A stretch of 63,643 nucleotides of DNA, counting the filler, from Bigelowiella natans CCMP2755 (taxonomy: Eukaryota; Protista; Cercozoa), in NCBI GenBank assembly GCA_000320545.1. It is 4 parts of 4 records of this genome, joined end to end, with 100 filler letters (N's around TTAATTAATTAA, not from the genome) between each part and the next. Parts side by side here need not be neighbours in the genome. Positions count along the whole stretch, not along the records: positions 30,718 to 59,094 come from ADNK01000388.1; positions 59,195 to 60,787 come from ADNK01002796.1; positions 60,888 to 63,643 come from ADNK01002261.1; 1 more part is not named here. The stretch is one strand, 5' to 3'. The notes beneath the pieces were generated by a model. That model was given only the letters and a program-made list of their open reading frames with translations. It ran no database searches and had not been told where the DNA came from. Position numbers and translations under genes: made by a program. Below are positions 51,758 through 63,643 of this stretch, in pieces; positions within the stretch are counted from its first letter, which is position 1; every line of letters starts with the position of its first letter.

Positions 51758-52604
51758 CTGTCTGTCTGTCTCTCTTGCCATGCTCCGTCGAGTCACCTGG
51801 CCTCCACTAAGTACTTCTGCACAGCGGCTGTCATTGCTGGAGGCGACTGTGTACGAGTTGCTCTCCAAATCCTCCATTTCTTCAGCCTGCAAGAAGCAAA
51901 GCGATAAGGGCTTCCTTGGAGAAGAGGAAATCGTAAAAGCCTCTTTCTTTCTTTCATGTACGATAATACCGTGACTGCAAAGAGAGAGCAGCCTCGCCGT
52001 CCGCCTCCCTCAGTTGGTGGTATTCTTTATACTTCTGTCAATAGGACGAGACACGCGCGGTTAGGAGGAGGAGGCAAAAGGGGACAGCACTAGTAGTAGC
52101 AGCAGTATTAGCAGTGGCGTTGACGTCGTCAGCGAAAAACGCACCAGATAGAGCGCATGGAAGTCCTCAGGATGCACGAACCATTGGTGCCCGCTCTTTT
52201 CCGGCGTAGAAAGTGCGCGTATGGGCATGGGAAACGACGGAAGGGAGGAAGGAGAAAGGAGGACGAACGGTAGAGGAAAGAGGTAGCAGACAAAGGCATG
52301 AGTTCGGGTAAACATCTGGAAAAACTGATCGGATTCTCAATCATTAGCTGCATCTGTCAGACAAGCTTTGATTAGTATCTCTTAGTGCTAAGCTAGAACG
52401 CAAGTGACACCTCATCTTGCACCAGAAAATCTCCAGCAGAACCCACTAACTTCTGGTGGTCTTGACTGAGTGTAGCAGCATACCATCGATCATCGATGAC
52501 AACTTGTAAACGTGTGTATAGCACAAAAATGCAAAATGGAAATATTCTGTGTGGTGCGTGAGCGTACACGCGCGCGCGCGTGTGTGTGTGTGTGAGAGAG
52601 AGAG

Positions 52605-52645
<41 letters not shown>

Positions 52646-53746
52646 TTTAAAGGAAATTCTTATAGAGCTGGCTGGGATATAAGACGCACTCGATATCTGG
52701 GTTTCTGTTGTCCCTATCCCTTTTTGAACTCTAGAATTGTAAAAGAGCATTACAGGTGTCCATCGCCATCACTGATTACATAAGAACATCATTATCATCA
52801 TAACGATCATCATCCTCATCCCTTTTCCCCTCCTTGTTTGCGATTTGCCCGTTTATCAAAGTGCCAACGAAGTATTCACGTCTATTCCTTGGCTCATTCT
52901 TTCTTTCTCTTGTCCTGGGTGCTATCTCCAGGGATAACTATATGAACGCTACTCGCCACTACCACCACGCTACCGACAATGCTGTGTGTCGCGAGGGTTA
53001 TCGTCGAGTTTGACGCGCTCGTGCTTCCGTTCTCCTGTTAGAAGCAACCCAAAAAAGGTGCTCTATTTCGGAAGATGGTATGCACACAACTCGTGTATGC
53101 TATGGTATGTTTCACATCTACGCACACATATCCATCTAATATCCATTCTGTTCCGGAAAATTAACGATGGATCTGTGTAAGCTGTTGGAAGAAGGTTGTT
53201 GTTGTACACCTCTGTTATAACGCCAAGCGACTCCAAAACCTAATGAAGCGCAAGGAAAGGAAGAGATGGAGGGAAGGGTCAAGGAGAGAGTTCAAGTGAT
53301 TGCTGATTACAGTTCTGGCACCGTGTGCATTGCTTGCACGTATCTCCAGGAACTTATTACACACATACACGCTCACATATATTTGCATGCGTTGTGAGTG
53401 AGCCTAAAATTTTACAACACTCTTCATGTACTTTTATCTTGGCATCTTGCTGCAGCAACACCGCATGGACGTTTATCGCTTTCGCATATCGATGTTCCTG
53501 AATGATATTGTGCAATCAGGGGGGTTCAGCTCCTCCTCTCCTCAACCATTCTCTCTTGATGCCTACGGACTTTTCACTAGCTTCTACATCTCGCCCCTCT
53601 CCCAAACATGCTCAAGACCTTTGCCTCGATTGCAAAGAAATCGTGCTGAAACTCATCGTCGGTGATGACACGGATTTGTCCCGCTGCAACGTGGGGCTCC
53701 GCTATTTAGTAGTAGATGTGGATAATGTTTTAATATGGTATACATG

Positions 53747-53801
<55 letters not shown>

Positions 53802-54018
53802 GTGTGTGTGTGTGTGTGGTCTCACAATAATACATAGAATATATATATCATAATGTAATATGAATGTTTTCAGTGCTGAAGAATCACCATGATGCACTAT
53901 CCAGCGGTGTGTGGAAGTCTCCGCTCCTATTGACCACGATGATGATGACAAAAGACATGTAGAAACATTATGTCCTATTTCAAATGCTTCAGTACTTTAT
54001 ATTGGATTGATATATATT

Positions 54019-54068
<50 letters not shown>

Positions 54069-55342
54069 ATACACGCCAAATATGGCAACATAAGATCACC
54101 CTTGATCAAGCCAAGATGTTCAGCAGCTCCTTCCTCCTGCCCGCCCTCTGCACAAATCTATCGAATGGGTAACGGTGCATATTAAACTCTTCTCGCTCTT
54201 CCTGCATCATCCATCCCATGCGCCCAAATGCCCTTCTTCTTCTTCTTCTTCCTACCTTATTAGCAGTGATCGCCAGCTTGAACGCATACACTTCCACCAA
54301 ATGCACGTAGCCGTCCGCGTTCTTCTCATCCAGGTGGATCTCAACCGCCTCTGTATCACAGAAGGATTCGGGGGGGAGGGAAAAAGAGCGTAATCGTGGA
54401 ATCCAAAAGATCAGCGGGGGCACACTGAGCGTGTTATGCACACAGGCGGATGGTAGTGGCCTGCAATTGCATAAAGTGGCTTGGAAGAAAACATTGATCA
54501 CAACATGTTTAATTTGTTAATATGCCTTGAAATAGAAATAACTACCCCCGGAAGTGGTATACACGGCCAGGGAGGGGCGCCTTCCAGTGCGTCTGGCCTG
54601 CTGATCAAGATGATGCTGGAGATGATGGTGGGGTTTTTTCCATCGTGCACAATGTATATGATGAATATGATAGGTATGCATGTGCGTGTGCGTTCGTATG
54701 CGTGTGCATGTGTGTGTACGTGTGTGTGTGTGCGTGTGTTTGTGCACGTATCATCAAAGCTTTTGAATTGATCATCCTTCTGACCTTCCCCTTCGCCTTG
54801 CTTTCGACGTAGGTTGTCATGTATTGGCGGGGTGCCAGCTCATTCTGCCATACCTGACGGGCGCATGGCGCAAACGCATTGGGCATGTATGTGTGTATGT
54901 GTGTATCACGGCGGTCCTTATGCATGCATTCACGTATGCGTGCGAATGTAAAGAGGAGTTTTATGTGTGTTTGTGTGTGCGTGCTGGAATGCTACGACGC
55001 AAGCATGCAACCAGATTTTCCATGGACTTCGAACTTGTTGCGAATTTGAACGATCGCCGACGTGAGTTCCTAATGCGAGAGCGAGAAGGGAGGGATTGGA
55101 GCAAGTTTATGGAACATACATTACACACGACATGATATATGCTGTAGCTTCATCTATCGAGGCCGCACCTCTGTTGGTTTCCCCCACTTGTGGGCGAAAG
55201 GACCTGTGATTTTGATCGACGATGGCTACTATTGCTTCGCCTCCTACTCACGATATCATCATAAAGACGCGAAATTAAAGGCACACAACTAAATGAGCGT
55301 GCGTACGTACGTGTGTTCATGCGTGTGCGACTTTCACTCTCA

Positions 55343-55373
<31 letters not shown>

Positions 55374-56450
55374 CAAATGCACACACAAATGCACACAGAG
55401 AGAGAGACACACACAGGGGAAGAGAAAGAGAGAGTGAAGAGGAGCAAAAATGTAGAACAGGAAGGTATGTAAAATTTGTACTATGAGTTTGTACGCGCAG
55501 CATAGTGTACAGAATTGAAGACCTTCGTTTTTTCCACGCCTTTGGATTGGAGAAGAGCTTGTCGGGGTCACGCGAGGAGGGGCTCGGAGTCAAAGATGAT
55601 ACCCTCGATGTTTCCAACGCCGACGCTATACCATGCACACACACACACACAGCACATGCAACAACATAATGAGAGTGATTTGTATAAAGGAATAGAGAGG
55701 CGGGTGTAAGGAAAGAGCGTCCATGGGCATAACAATATATTTGGGTGCGCTTAAACGTTCCGAAAACTGCATGGTAGACACCAAGCCTAAACCACAGTGC
55801 AGCATCCATATGCACGCAGGCGAACAACTTTCAGAACCAATGGAGGAGTTGTGGAGCGGAGCATTCGCCGAGGAAGCATCGCTAGCGAACGAGACGATTT
55901 GGTGCTGCTGCGCTTTCACTTTTACTTCAAGTTCACTAAGAATCAAATCATCTTTTGTATTCATTCAATTGATCCAGAAATATGATTTTTTTAAAGAAAA
56001 CTGCGGATAGTGAGGAGGGTGTTTGAGAAGGTTAACATGCATGAATATTAGCAGCAATCCTGTATGTAAATTCTCACCCGGTCTCCTGAACATATTGTTT
56101 TTCTTTGAACTCCATTTTAGCTACCATGGCCTGGGCATCTCGGAGCTTCGCCTACAATCCGTTAACGGTAAATTTGAAAATATCACGATCGAACGGTGAA
56201 ATGTGCTCATATACAAAGCAGCACTTTTTGATATTGATATTTTTTTCTTGAACGTATCACGAATCATTGAAGCTTGGACCTTTAGGGCTTCGACAGTTGC
56301 CTTACCATCCTGCGCATCTTCATAATTCGCAGTCTCATGATGGTTGATTTCGTTCAAATCTGGTGGCAGACACATCCTCCCCTCATCAGCATTGTTCACT
56401 TTGGTAACTTCCTTGTCGAATGCATCGATGTGGCACGGGGCGTTACCCAT
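47910..56450 (-). CDS. Class I 3',5'-cyclic nucleotide phosphodiesterase with long N-terminal region, many exons
   Basis: WNFDIF, YSKNIPYHNSMHGADVCQ, AHDLGHPGTNNAF, YNDRSVLESYH, LVLATDL, LGHPARTFPIHKRWSELIQEEFFRQGDKE, NVGFIQYVVRPLY, NKKYW; start MGNAPC inferred to belong to this gene. Confidence 0.88.
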
Positions 56451-57126
56451 GTTTTTTGACTTGATTGACTCTCAAAAGGCTCCTTGATCCGAACAAATTA
56501 CGCCAATTTTAGTTGTTTGAAGCGATATGTTGCTTCCAGGGTGCAAGTCCCACCTCTCTAATCGCGGGGGTGGGGGCGGAGCTTGACGTTGGAAGAATCT
56601 TGCCAGTCAGGCTCCGGCACGCGAAACGAAGGAGCCAAAGCGGTTTCTGCATAATTCACGCTTGAACTCACGTGTCGCCATGGTTTTTACACCTATATTC
56701 TACCCATTTTTGTCATTCAAGAAGAGTTTAACTGTAACTGAGGCGAGAAGCCCTTTTTCCCAGGTCGAAGCCTGAAAAAGCATGGCGCATCGCAAAATCC
56801 TCTTTCATCCGTCTCTGGTGCGGAAGAAAACGGCTGTCGCGTGCGGATGGTATCCGGATGGAATCAGGCGAAGGCATGTCGCTAGGTAAGAATGTTGGGC
56901 CTTTTCGCGGGCATCTGGTGCGAGCATTTGCTGCGAGATCGTTGCGAGACAGAGGCGTTGAGGGGCAATTGTTGTTCGGCGTCAAAGAAAAATTACTGAC
57001 TCAAAAGCAAGATCCGCTTTGTTTTCCCTCGTCTGACAGCAACAGCAGGCGCGTTTTTACTGGGAAAACTTCTGACATCCTTGTGCCGACTGATTCGAAG
57101 CACAGTCCCCCCCGCCCCAGACAAGC

Positions 57127-57987
57127 ATGAGCGACGTGAACAGCGCTAAGAAGAAGGCGGCCTTTGCTGCAGTTGACGAATTCGTCAAGACCGGGTAGTG
57201 TTGATGTTTTCCGCCAAGCGAAGGAAAAAGAAAGACTGACTTCATGATAGCAGTTTGACTTGAGGACGTATATCTCTGTGGGGGGGGGGTGTCGTGCCTC
57301 GTACCTCGCACGCAAGCTGCAACCAAGCCGCACAAAAAAGAAGAATTACAACAGATCAGGGGATGTTCGAGTTATTAACAATTTCACAATCCGTTTCTAC
57401 TTATTATCCCCCCCTCCTGCTACTAGCATGAAGGTCGGCGTTGGAAGTGGCTCCACGGTTGTCTTCGCAATAGAGCGGCTGAAGGAGTTGACCGGGAAAG
57501 GCCAGTTGAAAGACGTAAGCCAGAATTATACAGCATCGCAATCGGATCGATACGATACTATGGCGTCAAGTCGAGATTCAACTACCCTCCTCTCACTTAA
57601 TATCACACTTGTAATGCTGTTTCCCCCCCACCAGATGGTTTACGTGCCAACATCGTTTCAGTCCACGATCCTGCTCAAGGAGGTCATCATCGATATTCAT
57701 TCATATCCCCCGCTACGCTGCCTTCTGCAAGATCTTGTTTCTTCCTTCTCCTTCACATATTTTCTACTACCTCCTCCTCCTCCTCCTCCTCCTCCTCCTC
57801 CTCCTTAAATGATACTATGATGCTCAGGCTGGGCTCCCCGTCAGCAGCCCGAACGATACCCCTGTGAGCTTCCAACTCGAATCATATGGCCACGCAATAA
57901 CAACCATCAGCCACTGTTTACTTGGATAATCACTTCTTAATTTCGGGCGGTCATTTGGAAATATTTTCCTCTCTCTTCCCTCTCTCC

Positions 57988-58019
<32 letters not shown>

Positions 58020-58989
58020 GCTACCGCAGACACACGTACGAATCATCATTTACACAAAGACGAATTTTACACATACAAGTACACATATAACATACACCGC
58101 CAGATTCTCGACGTGGCGATCGATGGGGCTGACGAGGTCGACTCCAAGCTCAACTGCATCAAGGGGGGGGGGGCATGCCAGCTGCAAGAAAAGGTCGTGG
58201 CTGCCTGTGCGAAGCAGTTTGTCGTCATTGCAGACTACCGCAAGGAGAGTAAGACGCTTGGAGAGAAGGTAAGTAGTGGCTACTTGCCTGCAGCAGTGTA
58301 CTAGTGTACCAGTGTACTTGTGGCGTCGTTGTACAGTTTGTACGATTCAAAGGAGAGAGGGCGCGCATTCGAAGCGCATAGAAACGATTGCAAGACTTTT
58401 TTATCGAGCCAACAGAGACTTCTGAGAATAGAGATGTTTCCGCGACATTTTGGCCGTGAAAATATGGAATTTTGGCTAAATTTCCTCGTCATCTCTTCTG
58501 GCTCGGCCGCATTTTTATCCTCATGGTGATGGGGGGAAACATATGCTAGCGACACAGCATGACCTGAGCTCCGAAGTCCTTTACTTGATTCAAAACAACA
58601 ACAACAACAACAACGAACGACTGAACGACTTGATATGTTAGTGGAAAAAGGGCGTCCCGATCGAAGTTGTCCCCATGGCTTACAGCGTCATTATGAAACG
58701 GTGATATATAGGAAGAAGAAGAAGATATAGCGCCTGATGATGAAAGGAAAGACTGGCGTGTTTATTGCGATGCGGAGACGATGATGGTGATGATGTCTGT
58801 CCACACACATGTCGATAGATGATGATTACCTGCACCTCACCACGTGTGTGTGTGTGTGTGTCGTTAAGTTAAAGTAAAATGACCTCCTCCTCCTCCTCCC
58901 TCAACGCTACTACCCCTCATCATCGTCACGACAGGATCGAAGAAATGGGTGGTAAGCCAGTGCTTCGCATGGCACAGAAGAAAGCTGGG
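57127..58989 (+). CDS. RPIA: Ribose-5-phosphate isomerase A (3' end lost in gap)
   Basis: [69 protein letters not shown]. Confidence 0.95.
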
Positions 58990-59038
58990 GTGAGTCAGTG
59001 GTTGGCGCAGCAGAACTCAGATGACAAATGTTGTGTGA

Positions 59039-59079
<41 letters not shown>

Positions 59080-59094
59080 GGGGGGGGGGGGGGG

Positions 59095-59194
59095 NNNNNN
59101 NNNNNNNNNNNNNNNNNNNNNNNNNNNNNNNNNNNNNNTTAATTAATTAANNNNNNNNNNNNNNNNNNNNNNNNNNNNNNNNNNNNNNNNNNNN
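59095..59194. other. Assembly gap with TTAATTAATTAA linker
   Basis: Same 100-nt pad. Confidence 0.98.
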
Positions 59195-60064
59195 CCCTTT
59201 TTTTTTTTTTCTTCTTTCTCCTCTCCCCACGCCTCCGCCCCCTCTTCTTATATTCATGGGGGGAGGTTTTTCTCTTCTCCCCCCCCCCCCCTCTAAACTC
59301 TTTTTCTGTGTAGAGAGGGTGGTTTTTTACTATATGGATTGGGGCCACATCATCATGCACCTATCGTCCCCCCCTTATTCTTATATCTCCCCCCATTTGG
59401 AGCGCCATTGAGAATCCTGTTACGACCCCCGCGGTGGCCGTCCCTCTCCGAAGTGGGTATATCTACACATATCCATATACATATCCATATAAATATATGG
59501 TGGAGGGGTACTTAACGATAACCCAGGGGAATTGTAATGACATTTCCTCCCCCCCCCCCCCCCCCCTCCTTATTCTTTCTTATTCGAACAATGTTTATTA
59601 ATTTTTCTCATCGTTGTTCTGATAACGGTTGCGTGTTGTGTGGCGCAATCCGTGCTTTCATAGCGTACATGATGCTCTTGGGACAAAGGACTGCGTGACG
59701 TCCCACACGTGCAGCTCACAATCAACCTGGCAATACACACACACACACACACACACACACTCACTCAAACACATACACACGCATACACACATATATCAGG
59801 CTTGTCTTAATATAACAGAATGGTTTTTGCGTGATCGTGTTCGTGTGTGTCTCTGCGCTTGCGTCCGTCAATTCTACTAATGTTATAATCCTTATGATTA
59901 ATACTAATACTAATGATAGTAGTAGCAGCAGCAGTACCACGTTCGCGCAGGATGCAAGATGATGATGATAAGGGCTGGGCCTCCACGACACTCGATAGGC
60001 CGAAGACACGTAGATTAAAGGAGCAGCCTGATGCTGTGACACACGGTCTCCGAGACTGTGACAA

Positions 60065-60123
<59 letters not shown>

Positions 60124-60337
60124 CGTATTGTATTGTATTGTATTTATTTATGACGTTTTGACACTCGAATGGACGTGAAAGTTTACAATGCATAAAATCC
60201 ATAGAATAAGCATTCTGTGTAGTAATAACCATCACCCGCGTCTATTGCGCATCGTAAGGCGCCTCTTGATTTTAGTATCGCCTGTGCCAGTACAATGCAT
60301 TACAGATGTCAGCACATATTGATTATATTCTCTCTCT

Positions 60338-60377
<40 letters not shown>

Positions 60378-60787
60378 GCGCGCGCGCGCGTGTGTGTGTG
60401 TGTGAAATACCCCTCATCATCTGTGGCGATTTTGCCAACATCGGTTTTCGGCGTTCTGAGGAGAGGGGGGAGGCGGAGGAAGAAGATGGCGGCAATTTGA
60501 CGTTGCCCCCCCCCCCTCTCGCACCGCCCTCCCCCCCCCCGGTCTTCTCCGAGAGATTTGAAAGCTTCTTCGCATAAGCCAGCTTCAGCAAATCTTTGCA
60601 TTAGGCTATCATACAATCTTACGAAAGCCATGCAGTCTCCCTACATGTGTAGGAAAACGAAGAATATGAACTTTACATTTGCTAGAATATCCCATTGATC
60701 TCAACAGTTACCATGGGTCACCACACAACCAACCACGTTGCTGAACACGCAATTAATTACGCATCTGTTTTAAGGATACCGCTCTTC

Positions 60788-60887
60788 NNNNNNNNNNNNN
60801 NNNNNNNNNNNNNNNNNNNNNNNNNNNNNNNTTAATTAATTAANNNNNNNNNNNNNNNNNNNNNNNNNNNNNNNNNNNNNNNNNNNN
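60788..60887. other. Assembly gap with TTAATTAATTAA linker
   Basis: Same 100-nt pad. Confidence 0.98.
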
Positions 60888-62140
60888 TAGCAGCCGTTCT
60901 TCGATTCATCAGTGAGCATGAAAAGCTGAACATTTGATAAATGTGAGAAGAAGAAAGAAGACAATGACGAGGAAGAAGATGATGAAGAACGGCAGATTAT
61001 TCCACGCAATGGAATGACATGAGAAGTACTCAGCTCTCACTCTCTCGGTGTAGTGAGTTATCATCATTCGCGGCATCAGAATCTTAACGATAGAGTCCCT
61101 TATTTAATACGAAGTAGGCCATTGAGAAGCAAGTGAGCAAAGAAGTAATCACCTCCTCCTCCTATTCTGCACTGCTAGCAGCACACTTGACTGATAACAT
61201 ACGTACTACCTCGTTGCCTAGAGGCGTAAGCCGTGCGTGGGTGCGGGAGATGAGACCATTGTGGCGCGTTGACGCAAGCCATAAATCGCATTTCGCTCTT
61301 TCTCTCCCTACCTTCGTCACGGTTCTGGTGTAAACAAATAATAACGTGGGGGAGAAGAAGAAGGATGATGATGAGGTCAAGAGATGGACGAGGAAGAAAT
61401 CATGACCCCATGCCAAATCCCCTCCTCGCCTCTCCAAAACGCAGAGACGTAAGCAGCACCTTTTATCGGTCGGTAGGGAGTATAGCTCAGGGATATCACA
61501 CGTGGCGGGCACCAAAGACACACGCCTTAGCTGCATGGGACGCGGCGTCGAGGAGCTCGATGCATCCGAGTAATCAACGGTAGGGTTATTTTCGATACTG
61601 ACAATACAACAAATGATGACGACGATGATGATTGATTAATTGATTGATTGATTGATGATGATTCCGATATGGTTCGTGGGATAAACGTACATTTATTTAA
61701 AATGGTAATATGAAATCGTAATAGAGAAGAGGGTAATAAATAGTGCTCTGGACGCGCAGGTCACAGTAAAGCTGGGAGATGTGAAAATTTCTCAGACGAA
61801 GAGGGGACGGAGATCACCACCTCGGAGGAGATTCGAAGGAGGGGAGCGATAACGCAGGAGGTTTTCGCAGATCCTTGCGATGACCGTCTCCGACATTGAT
61901 ACTACTAGGTTGTCCTGAAGCAAGGAGTCGTTGTTTCTTCTGCTTGCGACCGAATTCGGTGTCGCCAGGAACTTCCTGATTTGGCAGCATTCACAGTTAT
62001 TATCCTTCTACCTTACACAAGAAGGCGAAATCACGAGAATGACATAATATGCACGTGCCAATAAAAAAACTCTCTTTGCTTTCACCACCCTCCCCGCTCC
62101 GGAAGACCTGCCGCTTCGCGGGTCTCATCTTCGAGGCCAT
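60888..62140 (-). CDS. 5' part of a probable FHA-domain protein (runs into gap)
   Basis: MASKMRPAKRQ|EVPGDTEFGRKQKKQR...; exon TVTKVGRERAKCDLWLASTRHNGLISRTHARL fits FHA GR..CD...ISR.HA. Confidence 0.55.
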
Positions 62141-62226
62141 CGGTCGTGCGCCTGCGAAAAAATAATTTTCATTCAAAAAAAAAAGGGAAAACCGAAAAAT
62201 TAAAAAATTAAAAATTGTACAGTCTG

Positions 62227-62308
62227 CGACGCCGACAAGATTCGAACTTGCGCGGGCAATGCCCAATTGCTTTCGAGGCAATCTCCTTAACCACTCGGAC
62301 ACAGCGCC
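62227..62308 (-). tRNA. tRNA-Ser(CGA), 82 nt, long variable arm
   Basis: GGCGCTGTGTCCGAGTGGTTAAGGAGATTGCCT-CGA-AAGCAATTGGGCATTGCCCGCGCAAGTTCGAATCTTGTCGGCGTCG; A and B boxes; downstream T-runs. Confidence 0.96.
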
Positions 62309-62595
62309 AGAAACATGTTTCTCGATGTGGAAAATATATTTACCCATAAAAATAAAAAATATTCCTGTGCTTCCTTGAACCCAATGTTTGCGTTATCACG
62401 GATACGACACCGGCAATTGTGTTGTCGCTGTTAAAAAAGAGGCAACATCTTTGAAGGTTGAGACCTTGGAGCACCTAGCCCCCTGCCCCCTGCGAAGCCC
62501 ACATTGAGAAGAAAGGGAGCTTCAAAGGGAACAGTTTTCGGCCGATCACGCACACCTGTAATCCAAGCCGTTCCGAGGAGGAACTTGAAGCCGGT

Positions 62596-63275
62596 TTGCG
62601 GCGACGATTTGTCTCGGCTACGAGCCTTTCCAACAGCATCCGGGCCTCCATCCCCCCCCGCTCATCGACCAAACGGGTGATAGCGTTTGGAGCTTCGGTA
62701 CCCATTGAAGAAGGAGCGTGCGTGATGCCTCTCTTTCTTTGTACACAGCGCTTCAAACTCCGTACATCTTACTCTGTGAACACTAACTCAGGTCGTTTTT
62801 CTCCTCTACATCGTCTTGGCATATTATCCCGCTGCTGCGATGAGCTCGGGGGGAGGGACACCCAAAGCAACCGGTCAAAGCCTCAGTTCTGCGGCGACTG
62901 CGAAGGTTTCGTGCATTTGCTTTCCATTCCGAAAGACTTTTATGAATGTATGCGCGGCCTTGGATCTGCTTGTACGAATGAGCCTAGCTCTTCCATTTGA
63001 AGGCGTCACCATCATTTATCGCCCTTTCTTGTGTATTAGGATAGAATCGTTGCACTGATCGTCAGCGACCCCCATGATGATATTGAAGGGATTAATCTCG
63101 TGAGGGAGAAGATGAGCCAAGATGGGGTACAGCTGGAGTGAAATCGCCTATTGTTTTGTCCAAATAGATGCATGTTTTTGCTTTCCTCCCTCGTTATACT
63201 AGCCCTCACATAATACTCTGAACCGGCACTTACATCACGTGAGAGGGAGAGGAGGGGGGGGGGGGTGGAGGGGGG

Positions 63276-63324
<49 letters not shown>

Positions 63325-63643
63325 CTGGTTTCCGAGGATCAAGTGGACTTCTCCAATTTCGCAGTCATATCGAGCTATGTTTCCACAAGCTGTGCAGGCG
63401 ATGATGTAGGGAGTTGTGTATATACTTTAGGTGGGTTGGGTGGGGAAGTGCTTTTGAGAAGCACTGATTTCTTCTTCCTGCGGCTAACATCCCTTCTTCA
63501 GATACATGTCGATTTCGTGCTTTGTCCTGGGGACATTACAACCATGCCCAACAAAGACTACACAAAGCGTCCGGGCGACGAAGAACTCGGCGTGTTTGAA
63601 AAGAAAACGCTCAAAGTCTTAAAAGCTCTTGCTGAAATCGCTC
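62596..63643 (+). CDS. Calcineurin-like metallophosphoesterase, partial; start uncertain
   Basis: Exon DRIVALIVSDPHDDIEGI (DxH, from ~63040) and exon IHVDFVLCPGDIT (GD, from ~63502); runs off the window end. Confidence 0.7.

Overview
Gene-dense, intron-rich eukaryotic (protist/alga-like) scaffold with short GT-AG introns full of microsatellites and three 100-nt assembly gaps. Recognisable genes: RPL27A, WDR61/SKI8, a tandem-Tudor protein, proteasome RPT1/PSMC2, two inverted copies of a BTB(T1)-TLDc gene, D2HGDH, an ankyrin-repeat protein, a symplekin C-terminus, an IDO-fold protein lacking the heme-ligating His, a Tudor-BTB protein, a class I cyclic-nucleotide PDE, RpiA, a probable FHA protein, tRNA-Ser(CGA) and a metallophosphoesterase. 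Mobile DNA: an intact single-ORF Ty3/gypsy element (identical 326-bp LTRs), an older solo LTR, a LINE 3' relic and a MITE-like inverted repeat. Two observations stand out. (1) Sharply bounded islands over old repeats are almost free of TpA except in CTAG/CTA/TAG, with TG/CA excess and a Tyr-poor, Cys/His-rich relic ORF. This suggests repeat-directed A:T->G:C (TpA->TpG) hypermutation, the chemical reverse of fungal RIP. (2) The young Ty3/gypsy element sits inside such an island and ends in a degenerate DIRS/phage-type N6-adenine methyltransferase (Dam-like) domain where chromoviruses carry a chromodomain. All counts and alignments were done by eye.
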